A DNA stretch of 64,000 bases from contig CAVXWP010000002.1 in NCBI GenBank assembly GCA_963765495.1, positions 384,001 to 448,000 of the forward strand, in the 5' to 3' direction. The stretch is from Blastocatellia bacterium (GTDB taxonomy: Bacteria > Acidobacteriota > Blastocatellia > UBA7656). A program made the translations under genes and the position numbers. Within the stretch, counting starts at the first letter, position 1, and the number at the start of each line of letters is the position of its first letter. This document shows positions 17,895 to 27,709 of the stretch, piece after piece. The notes beneath the pieces are model-generated. The model saw only the letters and a program-made list of their open reading frames with translations. It did not search any database and was not told the origin of the DNA.

Positions 17895-20750
17895 CTATCC
17901 GGGATTGCCCATCAAGACGAATGGGGCCCAATAATACGGATGGCCGTACTCGTCTTTGATTGCAAGTTGCGCGGCACGCAGCGCGGCACGTTTCGCGCCT
18001 CCTTCACGGATATTGGCATAAAGCACGCTCATAAGTTCGGCCGTCGAGGTGTCGTTGACCGCCCACAGGCTCACAACCAGCGCCGGTGCACCCGCGTACA
18101 GAAATCCGCGAACGAGACCGTGAAGTTCGTCTCCCGGAAATATCGTATTGACTCCTGTGTGACAGGCCGACAGCGTTACCATCTCTGCATTCAGCTTCAG
18201 GTCCAGCAGGTTATAAAAATTCAGCCGCGCATCTGCCAGCTTCAGAAAGGAGAACATAGGGTTGTCGCGGCGAAAATATCCGTGCGAAGCCAGATGAAGA
18301 AAGCGAGCACCCGGAGCAAGTCGCATCAGATTTGCGCGGGTGGCTTCCCCCTCCTTAAGCATCACTGCGTCTTCAAAGATGGATTGCAGCCGGTCAAGCT
18401 CTTCCTTGATTCCGGGTGTAGCAGGTTCAGAAACGCCCAGCGCTACCAGAGGCCACTCTGCCGTTCCGCTCTTTTTTCTTCGGCAAAGCTTGAATACAGC
18501 AGCGCTGGGCGCGTAGGAAACTTCAAATCGCTCGATAAGGTAATCGCCGCGCCGGTCGCAAAGCGCGTGAAACGGCACGTAATGAAGCGCGCCATGCGGG
18601 ATAATTATCAGCTGTTCGGTTTTAAGTTCAGGCTCGAGCGGCGCAAAGATCGAATCATATAAATCCGACAGACAGCAGTCTGCCGCCCATTTCAGCTGCC
18701 AGAAATGCGCGTCTACATATTTTGCGCCGTAGCTGAATTTTTCTATCTGGAATCGCAACTGGGCCAGGCGCTCGCGTAACTGGCTTCGGCTGGTAATAGC
18801 GCGAATCACCTTGACCTGATCGCGGGTTGCGACGAATGCCGACACCTCATCGCCCGCGGCAAAATATTCAATCGCCGTTTCACCTTCCATAAGCGATTCG
18901 CGCAAATCCGCACAGGTCGCAGGCTGCATCCTGTGCACATAGGCAAATGAAGAGTCTTCGATCTCCATGCGGCGGAAAAGTTGAGCAATCTGCCGCTCGC
19001 GGTGAGCGATGGCGCGACGATACCTGTCGGCCACATCGACGCTGCGCTGATTGCCTTTATCGTCTTCCAGCCCCGCCTGCGAATCGAACCAGTTCAAGTC
19101 TTCGATCAGCAAGCGAAGCCTTTCCCGCGCTTCGACGTTGTAGCTTTGTTTGCCTGTTTTTGAATCTGCCTGATCCGCATTCAACAGATAGCGAGCGAGC
19201 AGGTCGGCCAGCGCCCGCGATTTGGATGACTCGACAAGCTGAAAAGCCTCTTCGACAAGCAGGTCTCCCCCGATGTCGAGACACGCCGTTATGGCATCTT
19301 CGTAGACCTCTATTTTGTCCCGCAGAAAAGAGGCCTTGAATTCATTTGCCGCTATCCCTCCGCGCATACCCTCGACTATCTCGACCGAACGGCGAAAGCT
19401 CTCCAGCGCAGCCCGCGTTCGTTTGCGGTCGCGCTTTATGCGCCCGATCAGGTGATGACATTTATACATGGCGGTCGGGGCTGATCTACCCTCGATGGCG
19501 CGCAAGACGCTATGGGCAATCCTCGATGCTCTCGCCCGGTCGCCTCTTTCATAGGCCGCGCGCGCAATCAACATACGCGAGTATGCGCTGCGGACAACAA
19601 GGCCCTGCCGCGTGAAGACCCGCAAGGCTGCACGCGAGTGGCGTTCGGCTTCTTCGGCGAGCCCCCGCCGCATCTGAAGCTCCGCCAGATACGAATCGCA
19701 CAACGCCGAAAGTGTCCTGTTGCCGCTTGAGTCAAACACTTCGCGGGCCGAGTCGAAATCGCCTTGCGCTTGTTCCAGTTGATTGAGCCCCAGATTTGCC
19801 AGGGCGCGCACAAGCGTAGCCTTCGCCGCATCAGACGTCATGCCGAGTTCGGTAAAGCGCGTGCGAGAACTGTCGGCTCGCGCAGCCGCGTCGTCAAAGG
19901 AGTTGAGCGCAAGCAGTATCTCGGCTATCTCAAGATCACACCACGCGATAAGCTGGTCGCCGCCCAGATCGCTTACGCGGTCGCGCGCGTCATAGTAAGC
20001 CGCAAGCGCCGAGTTATAGTTGCCGCGAAGGAATTGAAGATATGCGATATGAAAACGCGCCTGGCTGGCCAGCAAATTGTTTCCCGCTTCCGTCCATCGC
20101 GAGGCGGCGCTTTCAAGCAGGACTTCGGCCTCGCCCGGACGATCCATATCGGTGAAGACGTTTGACCGGGCAAAATCTACATAGGCGAGCATGCCCTCCT
20201 GCCCCTCGCCCGAAAAAAGAGCCCCCGCTCGATCATAGTGTTTGAGCGCCCTCGCGTACCGGTCGAGCATGTAATAAATATTTCCGACGTTGGTCTCAAG
20301 CTGCGCGAGTCTTATCGGATTCGACAGGGCCTGCGAGCGACGCGCGAGACGCGCCACTTTGAGCGCGTCATCATACCGGCTCATCTGCGTCAAAGCGTAC
20401 ACTTGATGGATGCGAATGAGGGCCGTTTCTTCGGTGAGCCTTGCCCCGCGCATCACCGCAAGAGCAGTCTCGTAGAGTTTGTTGGCCTCGGCGGGGCGAC
20501 CCGAGTTGTGGAGCACGCGTGCGCGGCTGGCTTCGGCGAATCCCTTTGAGAGAGGATCGCCCAGATGAGTTGCCAGCCGCTCGATGTGCTCCGCAAGACT
20601 AGAAGCCGCCTTGATGTCACACGAAACCAGACGATCAACCTCCGATTTGAGCGCAGACATCATCTGCGGCATGGGGCGACCCTTCTGCCCCTTCAAAAAA
20701 ACATCGAGGTTTCTGGCCTTTTCCAGTTTTTTCGCCAGATCGCTGCTCAA
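17895..20750 (-). CDS. TPR-repeat plus CHAT (caspase-like) domain protease
   Basis: long Ala/Leu-rich TPR-like helical region; ESSKSRAL; IIPHGALHYVPF; LHLASHG (His) and VTLSACHTG (Cys) dyad; SLWAVND; HPYYWAPFVLMG. Confidence 0.92.
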   Translation of the reverse strand: MSSDLAKKLEKARNLDVFLKGQKGRPMPQMMSALKSEVDRLVSCDIKAASSLAEHIERLATHLGDPLSKGFAEASRARVLHNSGRPAEANKLYETALAVMRGARLTEETALIRIHQVYALTQMSRYDDALKVARLARRSQALSNPIRLAQLETNVGNIYYMLDRYARALKHYDRAGALFSGEGQEGMLAYVDFARSNVFTDMDRPGEAEVLLESAASRWTEAGNNLLASQARFHIAYLQFLRGNYNSALAAYYDARDRVSDLGGDQLIAWCDLEIAEILLALNSFDDAAARADSSRTRFTELGMTSDAAKATLVRALANLGLNQLEQAQGDFDSAREVFDSSGNRTLSALCDSYLAELQMRRGLAEEAERHSRAALRVFTRQGLVVRSAYSRMLIARAAYERGDRARASRIAHSVLRAIEGRSAPTAMYKCHHLIGRIKRDRKRTRAALESFRRSVEIVEGMRGGIAANEFKASFLRDKIEVYEDAITACLDIGGDLLVEEAFQLVESSKSRALADLLARYLLNADQADSKTGKQSYNVEARERLRLLIEDLNWFDSQAGLEDDKGNQRSVDVADRYRRAIAHRERQIAQLFRRMEIEDSSFAYVHRMQPATCADLRESLMEGETAIEYFAAGDEVSAFVATRDQVKVIRAITSRSQLRERLAQLRFQIEKFSYGAKYVDAHFWQLKWAADCCLSDLYDSIFAPLEPELKTEQLIIIPHGALHYVPFHALCDRRGDYLIERFEVSYAPSAAVFKLCRRKKSGTAEWPLVALGVSEPATPGIKEELDRLQSIFEDAVMLKEGEATRANLMRLAPGARFLHLASHGYFRRDNPMFSFLKLADARLNFYNLLDLKLNAEMVTLSACHTGVNTIFPGDELHGLVRGFLYAGAPALVVSLWAVNDTSTAELMSVLYANIREGGAKRAALRAAQLAIKDEYGHPYYWAPFVLMGNPG

Positions 20751-20823
20751 TTCTGTATCTCGACTCTCAGGTAATGTGCGTCACGCACGGATCGACTCTG
20801 AAGTTTGGTTCAGGGCTGATCCA

Positions 20824-21450
20824 TCAGGAGCGCGGCGCAAAAGGCAAGCGCGGAATCGTTATAGTTGTTTCACGCGTCTCGATCAATAAATCGTAATAGC
20901 CGTAATCGAGCGCGTGGAATGTAAATTCTCCCATCTCATTTGTGATACCTGAACATATTACTCTGCTGTCTTGAATGAGGTTGAGCGCAAGCCCGGCTAC
21001 AGAGTCAAAACCGTGCTCGCTTTCGCACAGCACCTGTCCGAGAAGGGCTGCGCTCGATTTCTCAGAAAGAGCTATTTGTAAATCGATACTGAAGAGGCCG
21101 GCGCGATAAAGCAGTTGACGACCGAAGGAAGCAACCGCTCGTGCGTCGGAAGGGACGGGCCGGGCAAAGCTATCAAAGATCAGCGTTGCTACCAGTTGTC
21201 CCAGACGATCAAACAGATCGGGCCGGGACCTCTTTATCTCAAACAGCCTGACCGCCCGATTTATGACCCACTGAGGCGGTTCCGTAGAATCGTCGCTTGC
21301 GGCGATGGCGCGAACACGCTCATACCATCTGAGATCTTTAGCACATTGCTGGCAGTTTGAGGCCAGATGCTCTTTCAAAGAGAGCGCATCAAGACCAGCC
21401 AGGCGATTATCGAGAAACTCTATCAGTTGTTCAAACCCAGGGCATTTCAT
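20824..21450 (-). CDS. soluble zinc-finger (zf-HC2-like) anti-sigma factor with a C-terminal beta-sandwich domain
   Basis: MKC..HLASNCQQC N-terminal motif; no transmembrane helix; LLGQV..TNEMGEFTF..GYYDL carboxypeptidase-regulatory-like tail; directly downstream of the ECF gene. Confidence 0.7.
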   Translation of the reverse strand: MKCPGFEQLIEFLDNRLAGLDALSLKEHLASNCQQCAKDLRWYERVRAIAASDDSTEPPQWVINRAVRLFEIKRSRPDLFDRLGQLVATLIFDSFARPVPSDARAVASFGRQLLYRAGLFSIDLQIALSEKSSAALLGQVLCESEHGFDSVAGLALNLIQDSRVICSGITNEMGEFTFHALDYGYYDLLIETRETTITIPRLPFAPRS

Positions 21451-21519
21451 TGTTCACCCTCCGTGGCCTTTCTAGCCTAATAAGAGCACGGAGAGGGGCA
21501 GAAGGTACGCAAAAATCAT

Positions 21520-22104
21520 TTATATTTTGCCGTCGAGGAGTTTTTTCAACTTTGCCAGACACCGCGCGCGCGTTGGCCCCATCGAATCGCGCGGGATGCC
21601 TACTATGCGGGCAATCTCGGCATAGCTCAATTTATCGTCACCATAAAAGAGCAGGGTAATCATTGTGCGGCAGCGGTCGGGCAACTCCAAAACGGCCGTG
21701 CGGAGGATATGTTGCAACTCCAGGGCCTCTTGCTGCTCATCCATAAGGGGTGCGGATGAGGCCACATCCGGCATATCGCCCGGGGCATTTGACGAATCAG
21801 CGATAGATGCCAGATGCTCTCTGCGCTTGAGAGCGGCGACTCTCCAGCACTGGCGTCTGGTTGTTATGACGAGCCACGAACAGAGCCTGTCTGGATTTCG
21901 AAGCGACGATATGTTTTCGAGCAGTTTCAGACATACCGATTGAAAGACATCGGCGGCATCATTTGAGGACAAACCCATCTTGATGGGTATTGAATAGATG
22001 AGTCGCTGATAGCGAAGCAGAAGCGCCTCCCATGCTGCGGCCTCTCCATCGAGGCATGCGGCAAGAAGTTGCGGGTCGGTTTGTTTTGATAAATCTCTGG
22101 GCAT
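21520..22104 (-). CDS. ECF RNA polymerase sigma factor
   Basis: DPQLLAAC..AWEALL.RY..DAADVFQ..WLVITTRR; region 4 LPDRCR..SYAEIARIVGIP..SMGPTRARCL.KL. Confidence 0.92.
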   Translation of the reverse strand: MPRDLSKQTDPQLLAACLDGEAAAWEALLLRYQRLIYSIPIKMGLSSNDAADVFQSVCLKLLENISSLRNPDRLCSWLVITTRRQCWRVAALKRREHLASIADSSNAPGDMPDVASSAPLMDEQQEALELQHILRTAVLELPDRCRTMITLLFYGDDKLSYAEIARIVGIPRDSMGPTRARCLAKLKKLLDGKI

Positions 22105-22331
22105 CCCTTTTCTTGTTCGAGAGTTCCTTGCGCCGATGCACGGGGAATTACCCTTTAAGGATTGAGTAATATCTGCATCTGAGAAGGGAAAGCCATCTTA
22201 TCAAATGAACGAACGCAAGCAAAGCAGTCGGTTGCCCGGAAAAATAACAAAGCCGGGCGAAAATTACAGACGTTAAATTCTCAGGAAAAGGTTTGTGTAC
22301 TTTGCCTCTGACCACATATCACCGCCTACCC

Positions 22332-22360
22332 TTGCCTTGCGCTCTCGCGCCGAATAAGAT
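22332..22360 (+). promoter_or_regulatory. putative sigma70 promoter of the dehydrogenase-BACON gene
   Basis: TTGCCT-N17-TAAGAT. Confidence 0.45.
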
Positions 22361-22588
22361 AGGTGAAAGATGGAAGGGCTACAAAATAACTTCCACGGAT
22401 TGGACGTCTTGTTCCGGTTTCAACTGTTCGAGGATGAGTTCTGATGAAAAGGACCGAGCAATCCATACTCCTGTTGCCCCTGGAAACCGGGAAGCACAAA
22501 AAATGCCCCCACCGCTGTTATGTTCTGACCCGTCTGATTTCCGGGTCGCTGTCGGATGGGAAGTAATAAATAGTTGAGGAGGAATCTC

Positions 22589-24322
22589 ATGACACGGCCT
22601 TGCATTTTATCGCTCATCTGCACAATTCTTTTTTTCCTGATCGGCTCTACCCTTTCAGGAGCCTCGACCGGGCGAATCACCCGGCAGCAGGGAGAACAGG
22701 ATGCCCCCACGGCAATCCTGCTTCAAACGGTCGTATCGGGATTGTCCACTCCCCTTTATGTGACAAACGCAAAGGACGGCACGAATCGGCTTTTTATAGT
22801 CGAACAAGGCGGGCGCATAAAGGTCTTGCAACCCGGAAGCACTACTCCAACGGTCTTTCTCGATATATCATCGAAGGTATTATTCAGCGGCGAGCAAGGG
22901 ATGCTGGGGATGGCGTTTCATCCTCAGTTCGCTATAAACGGACGATTCTATGTCAATTACACACGCAAATCGCCGGTCAATGACGGCGCTACAGTTATCG
23001 CCGAATATACGGTCTCGACCTCGGACCCGAACGTCGCCGACCTCGCTACCGAGCGAGTTTTTCTGACCATCCAGCAGCCTTTTACAAATCACAACGGAGG
23101 GATGATCGAGTTTGGCCCGGACCATTATCTCTACATAGGAATGGGTGATGGAGGGTCGAGTAACGATCCCGGCAACCGCGCTCAGAATGTAGACGAGCTT
23201 CTCGGAAAGATGCTGCGCATTGACGTTGACACTCCAAATCCGCCCGATCTCTATTCATCGCCCGCGAGCAATCCCTTCTTTGGCAACATACCCGGTCGCG
23301 ACGAGATTTATGCTGTAGGGCTTCGCAATCCATTCCGATGGTCTTTTGACCGAATGACGGGCGAGCTTTACGTGGCTGATGTGGGACAGGGTGCCCGTGA
23401 AGAGATTGACATATTGGAACTTGGCAAGAATTACGGTTGGAGAATTATGGAAGGCACCATTTGCACTCCAGCATTTGGAACCACTTGCAACATGAGCGGG
23501 TTGACCCTCCCTATATTTGATTACACGCACGTATCAGGGCGGTGCTCGATAAGCGGCGGCTACAGGTATCGCGGAGCCAGATCAACTCTCCCGTTCGGGG
23601 CTTACGTATTCGGCGATTATTGCACCGGAGAAATATGGCAACTCTTCCCGGCAATAAGCGGCGGCACGCAGACCCTCTTGATAGATACTCCAAACAATAC
23701 CCTTCCTTCCTTTGGCGAAGACGAGGCCGGAGAGATTTACGCAGTCAGCCTTGCAGGCTCGATCAGCCTCATCACCGCATCTCCCGCGCCACCGGCCTGT
23801 ACCTATACGGTCAACCCGACAAGCGTCTTCTTTCCGTTCCAAGGAGGATCGAGCATGTTTTCCATCGCCTCCGGGAGCGATTGCAACTGGTTAACGGCGA
23901 CCAATTCCAGTTGGATCACAATCACCTCGGCGACAAGCGGAACCGGCAGCGGGACCATCAATTTCACTGTAGGGCAAAACCTTACGAGCCTTCCCCGTAC
24001 CGGCAGGATCAATATTGGCGGAAAGTCTATTACGATAGTGCAGGCCTGTATGGCAAGCGACGGTTGCAGATACCTGCTCTCGGAAATTGAGCGATCAATT
24101 GCGAAGGGCGGCGGGACCGGAACCCTGGATGTAGTGGCGGGCAACCGTTGCGCCTGGCAGGCCACGACCAATTCCGATTGGATTTCGGTTACGTCGGGAA
24201 GTCCAGCGATTGGCAACGGCACGATCTCTTATCTGGTTGAGGCTAACCCGACCGGGAAGAAACGGATCGGCATGATAACGGTGGGAAAGAGCGTATTCAC
24301 CATCAAACAAAAGGGCAGGTAA
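22589..24322 (+). CDS. secreted PQQ-dependent glucose/sorbosone dehydrogenase family protein with two C-terminal BACON-like domains
   Basis: signal peptide; [54 protein letters not shown]; two C..W....WI..SG.GNG repeats; GAGGAGG RBS. Confidence 0.88.
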   Translation: MTRPCILSLICTILFFLIGSTLSGASTGRITRQQGEQDAPTAILLQTVVSGLSTPLYVTNAKDGTNRLFIVEQGGRIKVLQPGSTTPTVFLDISSKVLFSGEQGMLGMAFHPQFAINGRFYVNYTRKSPVNDGATVIAEYTVSTSDPNVADLATERVFLTIQQPFTNHNGGMIEFGPDHYLYIGMGDGGSSNDPGNRAQNVDELLGKMLRIDVDTPNPPDLYSSPASNPFFGNIPGRDEIYAVGLRNPFRWSFDRMTGELYVADVGQGAREEIDILELGKNYGWRIMEGTICTPAFGTTCNMSGLTLPIFDYTHVSGRCSISGGYRYRGARSTLPFGAYVFGDYCTGEIWQLFPAISGGTQTLLIDTPNNTLPSFGEDEAGEIYAVSLAGSISLITASPAPPACTYTVNPTSVFFPFQGGSSMFSIASGSDCNWLTATNSSWITITSATSGTGSGTINFTVGQNLTSLPRTGRINIGGKSITIVQACMASDGCRYLLSEIERSIAKGGGTGTLDVVAGNRCAWQATTNSDWISVTSGSPAIGNGTISYLVEANPTGKKRIGMITVGKSVFTIKQKGR

Positions 24323-24354
24323 AAGCCAGGACCATTTAGTTCTCAGGAAATTCT

Positions 24355-24415
24355 TAGCGTGCTTTGTGACTTTGCGTATGGCGAGAAATAGATTCCAAAG
24401 TCGCAAAGTACGCTA
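24355..24415. repeat. inverted 8-mer repeat element (CTTTGCG family), 20-bp stem
   Basis: TAGCGTGCTTTGTGACTTTG / CAAAGTCGCAAAGTACGCTA; two G-U pairs on the + strand. Confidence 0.75.
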
Positions 24416-24524
24416 TGGTTTTTCATCGAGTAATCAGTGATTCGCTCTGATCTCGACAGACCAATTTGAGAGCTAAATAACCCTGAGCAGGCGCGCGGAA
24501 TCGGCTATTTGCCGCGCTTCATAA

Positions 24525-24553
24525 TTGACAAAGCAAAATGGCGTGGCTAGTAT
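24525..24553 (+). promoter_or_regulatory. putative sigma70 promoter
   Basis: TTGACA-N17-TAGTAT. Confidence 0.6.
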
Positions 24554-24730
24554 TCTGGCTCAATCAGTAATGAGAACGCAGTTGATAAAGGGTCTTTTCG
24601 TCGAAGTCCCTGCATCTTTCCCTGTCGAGTTTGAGCGGTTTCTTCCCTGAGTATCCGGGCGCGCCTGTTTTACCAGGTTCAATTGATAACGAAGAATACA
24701 GCGCCAAGCGCGCGGTTTTATGAGGTGTCA

Positions 24731-27328
24731 ATGCTTCTTTCCCGTATAAATCGCCCTTCCCACTCTCCGCTTAGAGTAGTATTGCTCTTCCTCACCTGCG
24801 CGATGGCTATCGTTTTGCCCGCGACCATCCATTCCGCCGACAGGGCCGAGGGCGTGTCGGCGGGGCCGGAATCATCCTCGACACAAACAAACCAATCCGC
24901 AAACGGCGAGAGGACCGGCATCCCCTGGACCGGCGAGATGGCGGTAAGTGAAACTACAGGTCAGATCATGGCTCGTGAGAAGAGATCGGGTCAGAGCCTG
25001 ACACAAAGAAGCGAAACTCGCTTTGAAGGCGTCGAATCGGACCGAAGTCATCTTCCTCAGAATCCGGCTTCGCCCGCAGTCTCTCAGTGGCCCCCAAAAG
25101 ACCCTTCTTTGCCCGAAGGCGAGCCGCTTAGCCCGCAGATTCCTTCTACCAGTTTTACGGGCGCGACTCTGGCAGACACGGGGAATGCATTTCCGCCGGA
25201 TACGATGGGCGCTATTGGCCCCACGCAATTTCTTGTAGGCGTTAGGGGTCGTCTCAGGACATTCAATAAAACAACCGGCCTGGCCGACGGGGTGCTGAAC
25301 ACGACGACTGACACATTCTTCAATTCGGTAAGAAACGGCCAGAGCACCATCTATCCTCGCGTTCGATATGACAGGTTATCAGGCCGGTGGTTTATTTTGA
25401 TGTCAAACAACGCGGCCCCAAATCGGATTCTGCTCGCCGTCAGCGATGGCGGAACCATTACAGCGGGGACCGTCTGGACTTTCTTCTTCTTCCAGCAGGA
25501 TCAGGTAACGCCTGCCGGCGACACCGGGTGCCAGGCCGACTACCCGACTCTCGGAATCGATGCAAACGCGCTTTACGTGGGCGCTAATCAATTATGCCCA
25601 AACTTCGGCGGAACTACGGCCTTTGTCATACGCAAAAGCTCGGTGCTCGGCGCGGGGCCGATTGTGGTCAGCGCCTTTCGCAACCTGACGGGCAGCCCCG
25701 GCGGCTCTGGCATCTACGCCCCGCAGGGCGTTGACAATTTCGACACGGGCGCGGTCGTAGGTTATTTCATCGGCGTTGACAATACGAGTTTCGGCACGCT
25801 GGTTCTGCATAGAGTCACAAGTCCCGGTACAACCCCTTCGCTCTCAAGCGCCGTCTTTATAACCGTTCCAGCAACCTCTCTGCCCCTGACCGTCAGACAT
25901 CAGGGAAATACCAACAGCACGAACGGCCAGCTTGACGCTCTCGATGACCGGCTGATGCAGGGCGTTGTCCGCAACGGCAAACTGTGGACGAGCCAGAATA
26001 TAGGAGTAGACAACACTGGCGTATCCGACGGCGCTGCTAGATCTCGAAACGCATGCCGATGGTATCAACTCGACCAGTTGACCAGCCCTTCTCCCGTGAT
26101 CGTGCAATCGGGGACCTTGTTTACAGCGTCGGCGACAAATACAACTGGTGATCGCAACTACTGGATGCCGTCGGTGATGGTAAACGGGCAAGGGCACATG
26201 GCGTTGGGAGCGAGTATCGCCGGAACCAGCGAGTTTGTGAATGCCGCCACAGCCGGTCGTCTTGCAACCGACACGCTCGGCACATTGCAATCGGCCTTAT
26301 CGCTCACGGCAAGTTCGACGGCTTACAACCCACCCGGCGATACCGGAAACACTATAGGAAAGCGGCGATGGGGAGACTATTCCTATACAAGTCTCGATCC
26401 CTGCGACGACATGACTATATGGACCATTCAGGAATTTTGCGATGCCACGAACTCCTATGGTGTGCGGGCCGTGAAGTTGCTGTCGCCTCCACCCGGCACA
26501 CCTACAAGCGCAAACCCTTCGACCATCGCGGCGGGACAACCTTCCGTCAATGTCCAGATCACCGGGTCGCTTGCGGGAGGGGCGGGATTTTATGATCCGG
26601 GGGCGGGGTTTACCTGTCGTCTCAGCGTCTCTGTAACAGGTGGCGTAGTGGTCAACAGCGTCACCTATACCAGCCCGAGTTCGATCACAATAAACATCTC
26701 CACCCTGGGGGCGACATCAGGCCCGCAAAATGTGACGGTTACAAACCCCGACGGGCAAAGCGCTACCGGCAACGGTATTATTACGATAGGCACAGGAGGC
26801 GGATGTTTTTATCAGCTAGCCCCCACGAGCGCGTTTTATTCTTCGCGAGGCGGAAGCGGATTGATCAACATGACAGCGCCGAGCGGCTGCACCTGGAGCG
26901 TAGTCAACCCGGCAAGCTGGGTGACCATCCAGGCAACTACATCTCCGACAGGCGACGGACTTATCTATTACGCGGTGAGAGATAATTTCACCACCAGCCC
27001 CCGGATGGCCGTTTTGACCATTGGCGGTCAGTCTTTTCAGATCGTACAGGACGGGATACCTAATGCAAATTGCAACTTCACCGTTATGCCTGACTCGCAA
27101 TCCTTTCCCGCCATCGGGGGAACGGGAAACGAGAAAGTAAATCTCAGCGGCGAATGCAGTTGGACGGCACACAGCCTCGATAGCTGGCTAATCATCACAT
27201 CAACCCCTCTGGGAAGCGGCAACGGTTCGGTCACTTTTACAGTGACCCAAAATACGACCGGCCAATCTCGCAGAGGCACGCTGATTGTTGCGGGCCATTT
27301 CATCTCGATCAAACAGAAGGCGAACTGA
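24731..27328 (+). CDS. secreted protein: uncharacterised PPDT..DYP..RWGDYS domain, IPT/TIG-like domain and 2 BACON-like domains
   Basis: hydrophobic signal; paralogous to 27710-31399; [10 protein letters not shown] Ig strand; ATG 24731 after GAGG. Confidence 0.8.
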   Translation: MLLSRINRPSHSPLRVVLLFLTCAMAIVLPATIHSADRAEGVSAGPESSSTQTNQSANGERTGIPWTGEMAVSETTGQIMAREKRSGQSLTQRSETRFEGVESDRSHLPQNPASPAVSQWPPKDPSLPEGEPLSPQIPSTSFTGATLADTGNAFPPDTMGAIGPTQFLVGVRGRLRTFNKTTGLADGVLNTTTDTFFNSVRNGQSTIYPRVRYDRLSGRWFILMSNNAAPNRILLAVSDGGTITAGTVWTFFFFQQDQVTPAGDTGCQADYPTLGIDANALYVGANQLCPNFGGTTAFVIRKSSVLGAGPIVVSAFRNLTGSPGGSGIYAPQGVDNFDTGAVVGYFIGVDNTSFGTLVLHRVTSPGTTPSLSSAVFITVPATSLPLTVRHQGNTNSTNGQLDALDDRLMQGVVRNGKLWTSQNIGVDNTGVSDGAARSRNACRWYQLDQLTSPSPVIVQSGTLFTASATNTTGDRNYWMPSVMVNGQGHMALGASIAGTSEFVNAATAGRLATDTLGTLQSALSLTASSTAYNPPGDTGNTIGKRRWGDYSYTSLDPCDDMTIWTIQEFCDATNSYGVRAVKLLSPPPGTPTSANPSTIAAGQPSVNVQITGSLAGGAGFYDPGAGFTCRLSVSVTGGVVVNSVTYTSPSSITINISTLGATSGPQNVTVTNPDGQSATGNGIITIGTGGGCFYQLAPTSAFYSSRGGSGLINMTAPSGCTWSVVNPASWVTIQATTSPTGDGLIYYAVRDNFTTSPRMAVLTIGGQSFQIVQDGIPNANCNFTVMPDSQSFPAIGGTGNEKVNLSGECSWTAHSLDSWLIITSTPLGSGNGSVTFTVTQNTTGQSRRGTLIVAGHFISIKQKAN

Positions 27329-27336
27329 CGCTAAAA

Positions 27337-27438
27337 CGTGATTTGTGATGCGTGATTCGTGGCTATGGGGCGGCGGCTGTAAAAGACGATCTTGCGAGTT
27401 TTGTAAATCACGAATCACGAATCACACATCACGCATCA
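27337..27438. repeat. inverted heptamer tandem-repeat element (CGTGATT family)
   Basis: CGTGATT TGTGATG CGTGATT CGTG, then (AATCACG)2 AATCACA CATCACG CATCA. Confidence 0.9.
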
Positions 27439-27508
27439 GACACTATAGCCCGCAAGTCAAAAAACTGAATGCCCCCGGCAGCACAGCGATTTCGCTGACA
27501 ACCCTTAT

Positions 27509-27537
27509 TTGACAACTCAAGCAACCACAGATACTAT
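27509..27537 (+). promoter_or_regulatory. putative sigma70 promoter
   Basis: TTGACA-N17-TACTAT. Confidence 0.65.
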
Positions 27538-27709
27538 TTTCCGTCTGTTTGTTATCTCAGGCACGCGGTCCCCAGGCATAAACCCGAATTCTTCGCGTGA
27601 ATGCCATCTCAGTGGATACAGCTTTGTGTAGGACTTTGATCGCGTTCCGGTATTTTTCATTTTCAAGGCGTACGCGCTACGCACGGGGTCGATTTTTCAG
27701 GAGGAGTTG

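Noticed and set aside
17895-20750. TPR-CHAT as part of a type III-E CRISPR-Cas locus
   Set aside because: No cas7-11, recognisable csx30/csx31 or array in the window; only the regulatory logic is analogous.
22405-22495. Hammerhead-like CTGATGA..GAAAC in the leader of the PQQ dehydrogenase gene
   Set aside because: The stem I/III register is off by two nt and stem II is poor; it looks like an ordinary CCGGTTTC/GAAACCGG pairing. An Infernal search would settle it.
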